Source: Mobula hypostoma (Eukaryota). Taken from it: DNA of 64,000 nucleotides. Numbering within the stretch: the stretch's first letter is position 1; each line of letters starts with the position of its first letter. Position numbers and translations under genes: made by a program. Below, piece after piece: positions 1 through 12,900 of this stretch. The stretch spans positions 74,960,001-75,024,000 of the forward strand of contig NC_086097.1 in the NCBI RefSeq assembly GCF_963921235.1. Reading direction: 5' to 3'. Under the pieces are notes generated by a model. That model was not told the origin of the DNA and ran no database searches. It saw only the letters and a list, made by a program, of their open reading frames with translations.

Positions 1-490
1 TTTTTGCACAGTACTGTAGTAATTTTATGTATTGCACTGTACTGCTGCCACAAAAAAAAACAGATTTCATGACATACATGAATGATGATGATAAACCTGA
101 TTCTGATATAGGTCTATGTTGTGGATTGAGAGTGGGAAGGGGACAGGAAGAGAGGAATCATGATTGGGAAAAGGGGAAGGAAGAGGGCTGGGAGTGGGAA
201 GCGGCAGAGAGACATTTTATAATGATCAATAAACCAATTGTTTGGAATCAAATGACCTTGGCTGGTATCTTATGTCTGTACCCACACCAGCGCCCCCACC
301 GCTGGCATTTCTTCTCTGCCACCTGTCCCACAACCCTCCTGTTGTGCTCCACCCTCACCATTCCCAACATCCTTTGCTCCCACCAGATTTACTAATTTGC
401 TCTCCACTCCACATTGACAAATGCAGTACTATGTAAAAGTCTTAGGCACCCTAGCCATATATATGTGCCTATGACTTTTGCACAGTTCTG
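1..490. mobile_element. Composite Tc1/mariner-type MITE: TIR remnant at 1-16, captured LINE 3' tail, and a 67-bp TIR-TIR mini-unit at 424-490
   Basis: 424-449 CAGTACTATGTAAAAGTCTTAGGCAC is an inverted repeat of 465-490 (22/26 matches), followed by TA. The window opens with the same TIR end (TTTTGCACAGTACTG-TA). Bases 20-108 resemble the Rex/Babar 3' tail at about 21935-22003. Confidence 0.65.
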
Positions 491-2855
491 TATACTGTGG
501 TAATAAATTAATTTTAGAGCAGTGGGTAAATAAGCAGTGTTTGAATATAAGACTGATTTGTGAATGTTCACAATCTATTTGATCTAGATTCTTCCTTTTT
601 TTCTCTCCATATTTTTCCCTTTTCTCTCCCTCCCTCATTCACATTTCAAGGAAGATCATTGGATCGATATCTAAATTAAGTACTAATTGGCTTTTTCTAA
701 TCTCGAGTTGGCTGAAGCCAACTCTGCTGAACTCTTTGTTGGTTGAACATGCAGAAATCACAATTAATTTCATTTTACTGACTTTGCATGTAATCTGAGA
801 ATTCCAAGGTAAGGTACACCACATCCAAACATAGAAATAATTTCCTTCTCTTTTACCATGACAATATGATCAAACAAGTATTTCAGAACAGGTCTTGCAC
901 CAGTTTGATACATTTTGTTGCCTCAGCCTTTTAAAGAATGACTATTTAATTAGACTTCAATGTGTGCACTGTTTCGTCGTACCTGCTAGTATGAACCAGA
1001 AAGTTTATTTTTTTGGGTCACTTTTCAACCATGGATATTCGTTTAAAATATTTCTTGGTTTTTTGTTAAAGACAAAGATGACAGCAAAATACACAAATCT
1101 AATTTCATACTGTTCTAATTAGTTCTGTTTAACTATCATCTGCCAGCTCTACAGTTGTACATGATAATTTATGGCAATGAGTATAAAAATACCAGAGAGG
1201 CATGCAATGCTTAGGCATTATTAACTTTCACTTGACAAGTAATGTCTAAAGCCTTTGTTCAAATAAGAAATGTTAACAAAATACTTGGCATGGTTGAAAA
1301 TGAAATAAAAATTGCAGGGAGCATGATCATAACTGAATATAGTTCCCTTTCACTAGCCACCTGATGTTGAAAAAGACAATCCCTCGGGGCCCAGTGCACC
1401 TACTTGACATGGCACACAACTTGCATGTGACATTGGTATGAGAATCTAATTCAGAAATCTTTTGAGCTTTCCTGTAGATCAAAACAAACCAAAACAGTGA
1501 AGGGTATCAAGAGACATATGGATGTAAACAGATGAAAGAAGTACTGTTATTCAATTTACAAGCCACATTTGCCATTGTCTCATTTCTAAAGCTCCCCAGG
1601 TTTTCACTTCCTCTGATGAGTGTAGGCTGGTCCCAACTGTACAGGATTATTTTAAAATGTGAAATTGTCTTCTCTGTGGACTTTTCTGTCCATGAGCACA
1701 CACAAAAATAATTACTCTTTCATCAAAGTTTAATTATGTTATGCTATTAAAACCTGACAAAAGACTGAATATTCATTTTTAGAAAGCACAGGCTGTGTAG
1801 CAACAATCACAGCAGTGAAAATCTTGTACAGCTGTGATCCTTTGAATTTACCATTGCTATCTACTTTATCAAATCATTCTCAAATTATTTTGTAACTATT
1901 ATATGTTAACACATCAGAAGGCAGAAATCTTAGAGAGAAAATACCTATTACTGAAACAATAGTGCCATTATTATTCAATAGCCCCGAGGACATTGTATTA
2001 AATAATGTAAATATATGGGTTTGGTTAAACTTAGTAATAACCTGATTTAAATGCCATTTCCCAGTAAAATTATGATTTAGATACCTTCAGTTAAATAAAC
2101 ACATTATGTAAAAGTAGATCTTGATCTTTTAGTAGTGTTTTAACTCTTGAGGTACGTGTATATATATATATGGAAATCAGAAAGTACATGATGTGGGAAC
2201 AGACAAAGCAGCATATCAGAAAATTACTTTCTCATCTACAGCAATTAGAAAGAAAGCTGATTGATTTGTAGCACCAACTGACTATCAGTTTAATGTACGG
2301 TTCAATGTGTAATCAGCTTAGACAGTCAACATTTCTTCGGTAATCAACATCACAACACCTTTCACAGTTCAGCAATAAACATGTTCGCCACCAGAACTAC
2401 TTAAAGGAAAATCTAAATTGCCATACCAGTAACCAGGAGATTCTTAAGGTCAGATCAATGTTTATTGTAAGGAGGACGTAACATGCTTATTATTAGTAAA
2501 TGAAAATGTAAATGTATTTATTATACATTTAAAAATAACTATGTAACATTTGACCATGAATTTGCTTTTAAGTCTTTCCATATGGATAGTTTTTATCAAA
2601 TGAGGAAATCATATATTAATTCCATCTTTTTAATGCACTACCAACACACGTCAAAGGCAGGAGATGAAACACTGAATGTACTTTTTGTTCAATGTTACAT
2701 GCCATGAGACACCTGTCCCTAAAATGAAAATTAATATAAAAGTAAAATAATTAATGAATCATTTTATGTTTGTACATTTTTCATGGCATGAATTAAATTG
2801 TATTTCTTAACATATAAATTTTCGAAGGGTTAATAAATGCAAATTCTATCTTTAA

Positions 2856-3390
2856 CACTCAGTGACCAGGTACACCTGTATATCTGCTCGTTAATGCCAA
2901 TCATGTGACAGCAACTCAATGCATAAAAACATACAAACATGGCCAAGCGGTTCAATTGTTGTTTAGACCAAATATCAGATTGTGGAAGAAATGTGATCCC
3001 AGTGACATTGGTTGTGGAATGATTGTTGGTACAGATGGGGTGGTTTGACTATCTCAGAAACTGGATCTCCTGGGGTTTTCATGCACAACTGTCTCCAGAG
3101 TTTACAGAGAATGGTGTGAAAAACAAAAACATCCAGTGAGCGGCAGCTCTGTGGGCGAAAATGAATTGTTAATGAGAGAGGTCAGAGGAGAATGGCCAGA
3201 CTGGTTCAAGCTGACAGGAAGGTGACAGTAACACCATGCATTAAAACAGTGGTGTGCAGAAGAGCATCTCTGGACACACAACACATTGAATCTTGAAACA
3301 GATGGGCTACAGCTGCAGAAGACCATGAATATACATTCAGTGGCCACTTAATGAGATACCGGAGGTACCTAATAAAGTGGCCACTGAGTA
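2856..3390 (+). mobile_element. Internally deleted, non-autonomous Tc1-like DNA transposon
   Basis: TIR family CACTCAGTGGCCACTTTATTAGGTAC at both ends. Decayed transposase N-terminal HTH coding remnant from about 2980 (KKCDxSD..GMIVG...TVSRVYREW). The right end is a TA-flanked 57-bp palindrome (3334-3390). Confidence 0.8.
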
Positions 3391-4346
3391 TATAGCATTG
3401 TACAATCACTTATTTCCTGAACTCTGGAAAAAAATCCTCAAAAAGTCATAAAGTTGTAAGATGGAAACCTATTTAACCATACTAGCCATACTTGGTACAT
3501 GGTGATAGTCACCCCAAATCCTAATAAGTAACCTCACAGTATTCAATTATAAGTAGAAACTGTTGTTTCTAATCAGGAGCTTGGTTCTGATTTGTTTTTT
3601 ACAGGATTTCTGTCCAGTTTCAGTCATTTCAGCGAGTTAGGAGGTGGGAATTGATTGCATTTAATTTACCTCATTTTGTCCGAAAATATATCATTCAAAA
3701 ACTGTATTTGGCTCCAAAACCAATAAATGTTTGTGGCTCAATTTAGCAAATGTAATTGTTGCACTTTTTTCACTTTTGTAATCTTCTTTTTAATGCCAAC
3801 ATACTCAGCGACTCCTATTAATTTCACATGGATGCTTTTTATACATCAGGGCAAACTTTCCTACTGAGCTCAGAATTGGAACGGTTGTAGTATTATAAAG
3901 AAATAACCTCCATTAATCTACTATCTTCAAAACATGCCAAAATACTCTATTGTCAATTAATTCCTTTTCAGTTGTTGTTATTTATGCAAATAGTGCTACC
4001 ATATTATGATTGACAACACCTCACAAAGAGAAACTAAATAAATGACTAGATACAATTTTTTGCTTAGTTTAAGGGAGAATATAACACCAATAAAATTCTA
4101 TTGACAAAAAGTAATGGAATTGTTTGCAATGAGCTAACAGATCTCGCTTAATGTCTCATTTTTATTTAAAAGACAATAACCTGGAAATTTAGTTGTCAAT
4201 AGCAGATGATAACATTGGTGATATATTGCATTGGTTTTTAAGTAGTAGAAGATTAATTTGCTGCTAACCATGATCAGTACTTTATAAGATACATCATGAA
4301 CAGTGCAACTTTTCTTTAAGTTTTTAGATGTACGTCATGCACATAT

Positions 4347-4615
4347 GGGGCAGCACGGTAGCATAGTAGTTAGCACAATGCTTTACAGTGCAGGCACCCT
4401 GAGATCAATTCCTGCTGCTGCTGGTAAGGAGTTTGTAAGTTCTCCCGTGACCATGGGGGTTTCCTATGGGTGTTCTGGTTTCCCCCTACAGTCCAAAGTC
4501 GTACTGGTTGGTAGGCCAATGGGGCATTGTAAATTCTCCCGTGGTTAAAGCGGGGGATTGCTGGGTGGTGCAGCTCAGAAGGCCGGAAGGGCCTATTCTG
4601 TGCTGTATCTCAATA
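4347..4615 (+). mobile_element. tRNA-derived SINE, HE1/V-SINE-like
   Basis: tRNA-like head (GGGGCAGCACGGTAGCATAG...), V-domain-like core (GGGTTTCC..GGGTGTTCTGGTTTCCCCCTACAGTCCAAAG) and CR1-like tail (GGCCGGAAGGGCCTATTCTGTGCTGTA). Confidence 0.75.
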
Positions 4616-5050
4616 AGTAAATCAATATGAACAGAAAGTACGAAGTGTAGGGAAATTATGTCAGTGCTTAATCAATGTTCAATAGATTTCTTTCCTGTTA
4701 TATTGGTTGCCTTGTACGCATTGCCCGTTATAGGGACAACAAACAGCAAATCATATTTTAACTACAGGAAAGAGTTCTACATCTGTGTTGTTTAAATAAA
4801 TCATCTATTACATGTAGACTTGTTAGAAATCAGTCAATGAAGACCTTATATGGCTCAATTATAATGAAGTTTAGAGCAGCAACATCTTTAGATATAGGAC
4901 AGTGTTTTGGAAGCGAAGAATCCTATGTGAAAATCAGTGTTGGGTTAGTTGTGATCCTGGTGAATCTTCAAGATGTTGCTCCACGTATAACGAACAAGCT
5001 TCACTTCATTCAGTACAAAGCAGCTGTGTTAGTGGTACGCCAGTGAACCT

Positions 5051-6065
5051 GGGGACAGCATAGTGGCAAAGTTATTAAAGCTGCTGCCTCACAGCACCAG
5101 AGAGATGGCTCAATCCTGTATGTCTGGGGTTGGTACATTCTCCCTGTGATTCACTCAAAGTACATTTGTTGTCAAAGTATGTGTGGACTGTACAACCCTG
5201 AGATTCGTCTTCCCACAGGCAGCCACGAAACAAAGAAAACCAAGAACCTGTTCAAAGAAAAACATAGGAACCTCCAATGCGCAAAACAGAACAAATCATG
5301 CAAAAATGAGCGAAAAAACACAGAATATAAAACATCAAACCATAAAGTCATCAGAACAGTCCAGGAATGTTCAGCTTAATCTAGTGCTGTGTCATTTGTT
5401 AACTGCAGCCTGCAGAGCCAGCCTGGCCTGATCAAAACTGCATCCAATAGCAACAAAAAAGGAGCAACCAGAAACCAGAGTCACATCATAACATGAACTA
5501 CAGAGACCTTTTCACAAACTGCAATATTTAAATCTTGCCCAAGAACCAAGACTCTGGCAGCATTGAGGAAGAGGGAGAGTGAGGCTGATGAACATGGGCA
5601 TCTTCCTCCGGGTGCAGTGAGTCAGAGGGAGAGAGAGACCGGTCACACGCAGGCAGATGGCGCTGAACACCTGCTCGCCTTCCGCTCTCGTCCTCATTGA
5701 TTTTCAATCTTCCTCCACACTTTAATCGATAAGATTGGCAAGAAATAGAGTCGACGGTGGGCTTGTGCCCCATCTACAGGCTTCTTGGGCTCCAGGCCAC
5801 ACACTTCTCTCAAAACCTCACCGAACTCCTTCACAGACAGTTGTGAATGTGTGTGTTTCCTTCGGGTGCTCCAATTTCCTCCCACATCCCAAATACATGC
5901 ATGTTGGTAAGTTAATGGCCCCTGTAATTTGCCTCTAGTGTGCAGGTGAGTGTTAGAATCTGGTGAAACTGATGACAATGTGATTTTTAAAAAAGATGGA
6001 GTGAGGTAAGATCAATGAAAACAGACGTTACATGGTCAGAGAGTACTCAGTTGTTTATCTCTCCA
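5051..6065 (+). mobile_element. HE1/V-SINE-like SINE split by an insertion at 5150-5841
   Basis: Head at 5051-5149. The core resumes at 5842 (GTTTCCTTCGGGTGCTCCAATTTCCTCCCACATCCCAAA). TGTGA is repeated at both junctions. Confidence 0.7.
5150..5841 (-). mobile_element. Non-coding retroposon with Rex1/Babar-type 3' tail
   Basis: The reverse complement of about 5152-5240 resembles the tail at 19000-19115 and the Rex tail at 31080-31170. Flanked by TGTGA (5145-5149 and 5842-5846). Confidence 0.6.
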
Positions 6066-6268
6066 TGACCTAATCATTCTAACTGATCTAAAATTTCCCT
6101 GCAGTCCATCATTAATATAATACATACAATGTGATAAATGGATGACAGCTGATCAACTAAGTTCCCTTTCTATCACAAAGCAAAACCTCAAACAGCAGCA
6201 GTTAAAAAATACCAAACAGTTCTTGCTTGGACATCAAACATCTGGGAAGTGAATTCCTAAGTCATACA

Positions 6269-6694
6269 ACGCACATAAAAGTTGCTGGTGAACGCAGCAG
6301 GCCATGTAGCATCTCTAGGAAGAGGTACAGTCAACGTTTCAGGCCGAGACCCTTCATCAGGACTCACTACCAGGTAAACTTGAGGGCAGGGTGAAAGTTG
6401 GAGGCAAAGTTAATGAATTCAATGAGCTCTGCATGCGTGCAGGAAGCAGCGCCAATGCAGTCATCGATGTAGCGAAGGAAAAGTGGGGGAGAGATACCAG
6501 AATAGGCACGGAACATAGATTGTTCCACAAAGCCAACAAAAAGGCAGGCATAGCTGAGACCCATACGGGTGCCCATAGCTACACCTTTAGTTTGGAGGAA
6601 GTGGGAGGAGCCAAAGGAGAAATTATTAAGAGTAAGGACTAATTCCGCTAGACAGAGCAGAGTGGTGGTAGAGGGGAACTGGTTAGAACTGGTT
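6269..6694 (-). mobile_element. Penelope-like element fragment (RT piece joined to pLTR)
   Basis: ORF 6367-6576 has the PLE RT motifs MGTRMG..YACLFVG and LRYIDD. pLTR at 6269-6364. 9-bp TSD AGTCATACA (6260-6268 and 6695-6703). Confidence 0.85.
6329..6364 (-). ncRNA. Minimal type I hammerhead ribozyme motif in Penelope pLTR
   Basis: Minus strand reads AGUC-CUGAUGA-AGGGUCUCGGCCU-GAAAC-GUU^GACU: complete core, stem I AGUC/GACU, stem II hairpin, palindromic AACGUU at stem III. Confidence 0.7.
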
Positions 6695-6929
6695 AGTCAT
6701 ACATTGTCTTCACAACTTATTTTTTTCTTATGGTTCCTATACGCTCCTTGTTAGAGCTGCCTGAAAACAATCATGTGATAGTATCGAGTTTTTTTGGCAG
6801 CGCAGTCACAGTTGAATCGACACAGCGGCCACACGCTGGTCCAGGAGCAAGAGATTTGAAAAAGGAGCTATTGTGGGATTTCAGTTTTCTGGGTGGTACA
6901 TTCGATTCATTAGTAAGGACAAATAAAAA

Positions 6930-9900
6930 TAAGGCACCAACAAGTGCAGTGGCCATTGTGTGGCCAGTGTTAGAGTGGGGAGGCTTTGGTTCATCAGACT
7001 TTGGTGAAAACAGGATTGGGCAAGGTACTTATCTGGTAAGTTTCTTCTTAATTCTCCTTCTTCATTTTTTGTCTGTTAGTGCATAGTTAGAGCAGTGCAA
7101 ATGGCTCCAGGGGCTGTATTGTGTCCTTTGTGTGAGATATGAGAATTCTGGGAGACCTACAGGACCATCTGCACCAGGCGCGTGAGCTGCAGCTCCTCAA
7201 AGAACATAGCAAGGAACTGGAGCTGCTGCTCAATGGCCTTCAGCTCATAAAGGACACTGAGGAAATGACAGAGAGGAGCTACAGGGTGGTACGCACCTTA
7301 ACTTGCAGGCAGGTAAATTAGTGATTGTCTGAAGAGCTAAGGGAAATGGGCAGTCAGTACAATGTACCCCTATGGTCATTCTCCTCAATAATATGCATAC
7401 CATTTTGGACACTGTTGAGGGGGATGACCTACCAGGGGAGCTGCAGTGACGGGGTCGTTGGCACCGAGTCTGGCAGTGTAACTCAGAAGGGAAGGAGAGA
7501 AGAAGACTTCAGTAGTGACAGGGGATTCAATAGTTAGAGGAGTAGATACAAGATTCTGTGGACACAATAGAAACACCCAGATGATATGTTGCCTCCCAGG
7601 TGCCAGGAACATTTCCGATTGGGTCCACAACATCCTAAAGGTTGAGCAGCCAGAAGCCTTGATTCATATTGGTATCAATGACATAAATATGAAAAGCAAG
7701 GAGATCTTGAAGAGAGAATTTAGGGAGGTAGGCAGCAAGCTGAAAAGCAGGACCTCGAGAGCAGCAATCTCTGGATTGCTGCCTGTGTCACGTGCCAGTG
7801 AGGGCAAGAATAGAATGATTTGACATATGAATGTGTGGCTGAGGAATTGGTGCAAGGGGCAGGTTTCAGATTTATATATATCATTGAGATCTCTTCCGGG
7901 GCAGTTATGACCAATATAAATGGAATGGATTACACCTGAACTGAGGTGGCCAATATCTTTTTGGGCAGGTTTGTTAGAACTGCTGGGGAAGGTTTAAACT
8001 AATTTGACAGGAGAATGGGAACTGGAATGATAGGGCAGTTCATTTACAAGCAGAGGTAGTGTGTGGTGAGACTGTCTGGAAGGACAGGCAGATGATAAGG
8101 CAAAAGTGCAGTCAGTGGGATGAGTTGCAATGTTAAAGGGGGACAAAATCAAAAAGGGTGACAGATACAGGAATGAAAGTATTATATTTGAATGAATAAA
8201 GTATATGGAATAAGGTAGATAAACTAGTGCTGCCATTAGAGATTGATGTTGTGTGCATCACTGAGTTATGGCTGAAAGGAGAATATACTTGGGAGCTTAA
8301 CATCCAAGGATACACATTGTGTCATAAGGACAGGCAGGTAGGCAGAGGGCTGGGGTGGCTCTGTTGGTCAAAAAATGAAATCAAATCCTTAGAAGGCGGT
8401 GACATAGGATCAGATGTAGAATCCTTGTGGGTAGAGTTAAGAAACTGTAAGGGTAAAAAAGACCCTGATGGGAGATTGATAAAGACCCCCAAACAGTGGC
8501 CAGGATATGGGTGACAAATTACAACAGGAGACAAAAAAAGCATGTCAGAAGGGCAATGCTACAATACTCATAAATGATTTCAATATGCTGGTAGAATGGG
8601 AAAATCAGGTTGGTGTTGGATCCCGAGAGAGAATTTGCAGAAGACCTACAAGATGACTTTCTTAGGGCAGCTTGTGGTTGAGCCCACAAGAGGATCAGCT
8701 ATTCTGGATTGGGTGTTGTGTAATGAACTGGATTTGATTAGGGAGCTTAAGGTAAAGGAACCCTTAGGAAACAGTGATCATAATATGATAGAATTCCCTG
8801 TGCAATTTGAGAGGGAGAAGCTAATGTCAGATATTTCAGTATTACAGTGGAGTAAAGGGAATTATAGAGGCCTGAGAGGCCAAATGAGTGGTTGTTTGGA
8901 AGGGGACAGTAGTAGGAATGATGGCAGAGCAGTAATGGCTGGAGTTTCTGAGAGCTATTCGGAAGGCACAGGATAGATACATCCCAAAGAAGAAGTATTC
9001 TAAAGACAGAATGATGCAACCATGGCTGATAATGGGTGACTTCAATCTACATATAGATTGGGTGAACCAAATTGGTAAGGGTGCTGAGGAAGAGGATTTC
9101 TTGGAATGTATGTGGGATGGTTTTTTGAACCAACATGTCAAGGATCTAACTAGCGAGCAGGCCATTCTAGACTGGGTATTGAGCAATGAGGAAGGGTTAA
9201 TTAGCAATCTTGTCGTGAGAGGTCCCTTGGGTAAGAGTGACTATAATATGGTGGAATTCTTCATTAAGATGGAGAGTGACATAGTTAATTCAGAAACAAA
9301 GGTTCTGAACTTAAAGAAGGGTAACTTTGAAGGTATGAGATGTGAATTAGCTAAGATAGACTGGAAAATGATACTTAAAGGGTTGACAGTGGATATGTAA
9401 TGGCAAGCACTTAAAGATCGCATGGATGAACTACAACAATTGTTCATCTCAGTTTGGCAAAAGAATAAATCAGGGAAGGTAGTGCACCTGTGGCTGACAA
9501 GGGAAATTAGGGATAGTATTAATTCCAAAGAAGAAGCATACAAATTAACCAGAAAAAGCGGCTCACCTGAGGACTGGGAGAAATTCAGAGTCCAGCAGAG
9601 GAGGACAAAGGGCTTAATTAGGAAAGGAAAAAGAGATTATGAGAGAAAATTGGCAGGGAACATAAAAATTGACTGCAAAAGCTTTTATAGGTATGTGAAA
9701 AGAAAAAGATTGGTTAAGACAAATATAGGTCCCTTACAGACAGAAACAGGTGAATTGATTATGGGGAAAAAGGACATGGCAGACCAATTGAATAACTACT
9801 TTGGTTCTGTCTTCACTAAGGAGGACATAACTAATCTTCCGGAAATAGTAGGGGACAGAGGGTCTAGTGAGATGGCGGAACTGAGGGAAATACATATTAG

Positions 9901-12900
9901 TAGGGAAATGGTGTTAGGTAAATTGAAGGGATTAAAGGCAGATAAATCCCCAGGGTCAGATGGTCTGCATCCCAGAGTGCTTAAGGAAGTAGCCCAAGAA
10001 ATAGTGGATGCATTAGCGATAATTTTTCAAAACTCTTTAGATTCTGGACTAGTCCCTGAGGATTGGAGGGTGGCTAATGTAACCCCGCTTTTTAGAAAAG
10101 GAGGGAGAGAGAAACCGGGGAATTATAGACCGGTTAGCCTAACATCGGTGGTGGGGAAATGCTAGAGTCAGTTATCAAAGATGTGATAACCGCACATTTG
10201 GAAAGCAGTGAAATCATCGGACAAAGTCAGCATGGATTTGTGAAAGGAAAATTATGTCTGACGAATCTCATAGAATTTTTTGAGGATATAACTAGTAGAG
10301 TGGATAGGGGAGAACCAGTGGATGTGGTATATTTGGATTTTCAAAAGGCTTTTGACAAGGTCCCACACAGGAGATTAGTGTGCAAACTTAAAGCACACAG
10401 TTTTGGGGGTGTGGTATTGATGTGGATAGAGAATTGGTTGGCAGACAGGAAGCAAAGAGTGGGAATAAACGGGACCTTTTCAGAATGGCAAGCACTGACT
10501 AGTGGGGTACTGCAAGGCTCAGTGCTGGGACCCCAGTTGTTTACAATATATATTAATGAGTTAGATGAGGGAATTAAATGCAGCATCTCCAAGTTTGCGG
10601 ATGATACGAAGCTGGGCGGCAGTGTTAGCTGTGGGGAGGATGCTAAGAGGATGCAGGGTGACTTGGATAGATTAGGTGAGTGGGCAAATTCATGGCAGAT
10701 GCAATTTAATGTGGATAAATGTGAGGTTATCCACTTTGCTGGCAAAAACAGGAAAACAGATTATTATCTGAATGGTGGCCGATTAGGAAAAGGGGAGGTG
10801 CAACAAGACCTGGGTGTCATTATACACCAGTCATTGAAAGTGGGCATGCAGGTACAGCAGGCGGTGAAAAAGGTGGATGGTATGCTGGCATTCATAGCAA
10901 GAGGATTCGAGTACAGGAGCAGGAAGGCAGTTGTACAAGGCTTGATGAGACCACACCTGGAATATTGTGTGCAGTTTTGGTCCCCTAATCTGAGGAAAGA
11001 CATTCTTGCCATAGAGGGAGTACAAAAAAGGTTCACCAGATTGATTCCTGGGATGGCAGGACTTTCATATGATTAAAGACTGGATCAGCTAGGCTTATAC
11101 TCTCTGTAATTTAGAAGATTGAGGGGGGATCTTATTGAAACGTATAAAATCCTAAAGGGATTGGACAGGCTAGATGCAGGAAGATTGTTCCCGATGTTGG
11201 GGAAGTCCGGAACAAGTGGTCACAGTTTGAGGATAAATGGGAAGCCTTTTAGGACCGAGATTAGGAAAAACTTCTGCACACAGTCTGTGGAATTCTCTGC
11301 CACAGGAAACAGTTGAGGCCAGTTCATTGGCTATAGTTAAGAGGGAGTTAGATATGGTCCTTGTGGCTACAGGGGTCAGGGGGTATGGAGGGAAGGCTGG
11401 GTTCTGAGTTGGATGATCAGCCATGATCATAATAAATGGCGGTGCAGGCTCGAAGGGCCGAATGGCCCACTCCTGCACCTATTTTCTATGTCTCTATGTT
11501 TCTATAAGGGAAGCCAAAGCTAAGATAAAAGCAAAAGAGAGGGCATATAATAGAGCAAAGATTGTGGGAAATTAGAGGATTGGGAAGCTTTTAAAAACCA
11601 ACAGAAGGCAACTAAAAGACCTGGGGGGGGGGGAGAGATGAAATGTGAAAGTAATCTAGCTAACCATATCAAAGACAAAACCAAATGTTTTTCAGATATA
11701 TAAAGAGTAAAAGAGAAGTGAGATTAGATATTGGTCTAGTGGAAAATGATGCTGGAGAGGAGGTAATGGGGGAGAAAACGCTAAGTATTTTGCATAAGTC
11801 TTCACTGTGGAAGATGCTAGCAGATGCCAGAAATCTGAGAGTATTGGGGACAGAACCGAGTGCAGCTGCTGTTTTTAGGGAGAAGATGCTTGGGAAACTG
11901 AAAGGTCTGATGGTAGATAAATCATATGGGCCAGATACAGTACACGCCAGGGTTCAGAAAGAGGTAGCTTAAGAGATTGTGGAGACATTAGTAATGATCT
12001 TACAAAATCCAACAGATTCTGGCATGGTTCCAGAGGACTGGAAAATTGCAAATGTCACTCCACACCTCAAGAAGGGAGGGAGGCAGATAAAAGGAAATTA
12101 TAGGCCAGTTAGCCTAACATCAGTAGTTGGGAAGATGTTGGAGTCAATTGTTAACAATGTGGTTTTGGGGTACTTGGAGGCACATGTTAAAATAAGCCAA
12201 GGTCAGCATGGTATCTTCAAAGGAAGATTTTGCCTGACAAATCTGTTGGAATTTTTTGAGAAAATAACAAGCAGCATAGATGAAGGAGAATTGGTGGAAG
12301 TTGTGCATTTGAATTTTCAGAAGGCCTTTGACAAGGTGCCACACACGAGGCAGCTTAACAATCTAAGAGCCCGTGGTATTACAGGAAAAATACTAACATG
12401 TATAAACAATTGGCTGAATGACAGGAAGCAAAGAGTGGGAATAAATGGAGCCTTTTCTAATTAGCGGTGCTCTGCAGGGGTTGGTGTTGGGACCACTTCT
12501 TTCTACAGTGCATACCAATGATTTGTATGATGGAGATGATACAAAGACAGGTGGGGGGGGCAGGTAATGGTGAGGAGGCAGGGAGGCTGCACAAGGATGT
12601 AGACAGATTAGGAGATTGGGCAAATTGAATACAGTGTAGGAAACTGTATGACAATGCACATTGGTAGAAGGAAGAAAAACATGGACTATTTTCTAAATGG
12701 GAGAAAATTCAAAAATCCAAGGTGCAAAGGGACTTGTAAGTCCTCATGCAGGATTCCCTAAAGGTTTTTTTGCAGGTTGAGTTGGTGGTGAGGAGAGCAA
12801 CTGCAATATTATCATTAATTTCAAGAGGACTAGAATATAAGAGCAAGGATGTAATGCTGAGTCTTTATAAGGCACTGGTGAGGCCTCACTTGGAGTATTG

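Noticed and set aside
4347..4425. tRNA gene
   Set aside because: It is the degenerate tRNA-derived head of a SINE, with no proper cloverleaf.
6730..7086. 118-aa ORF
   Set aside because: Runs across unique DNA into the CR1 5' UTR and has no recognisable domain.
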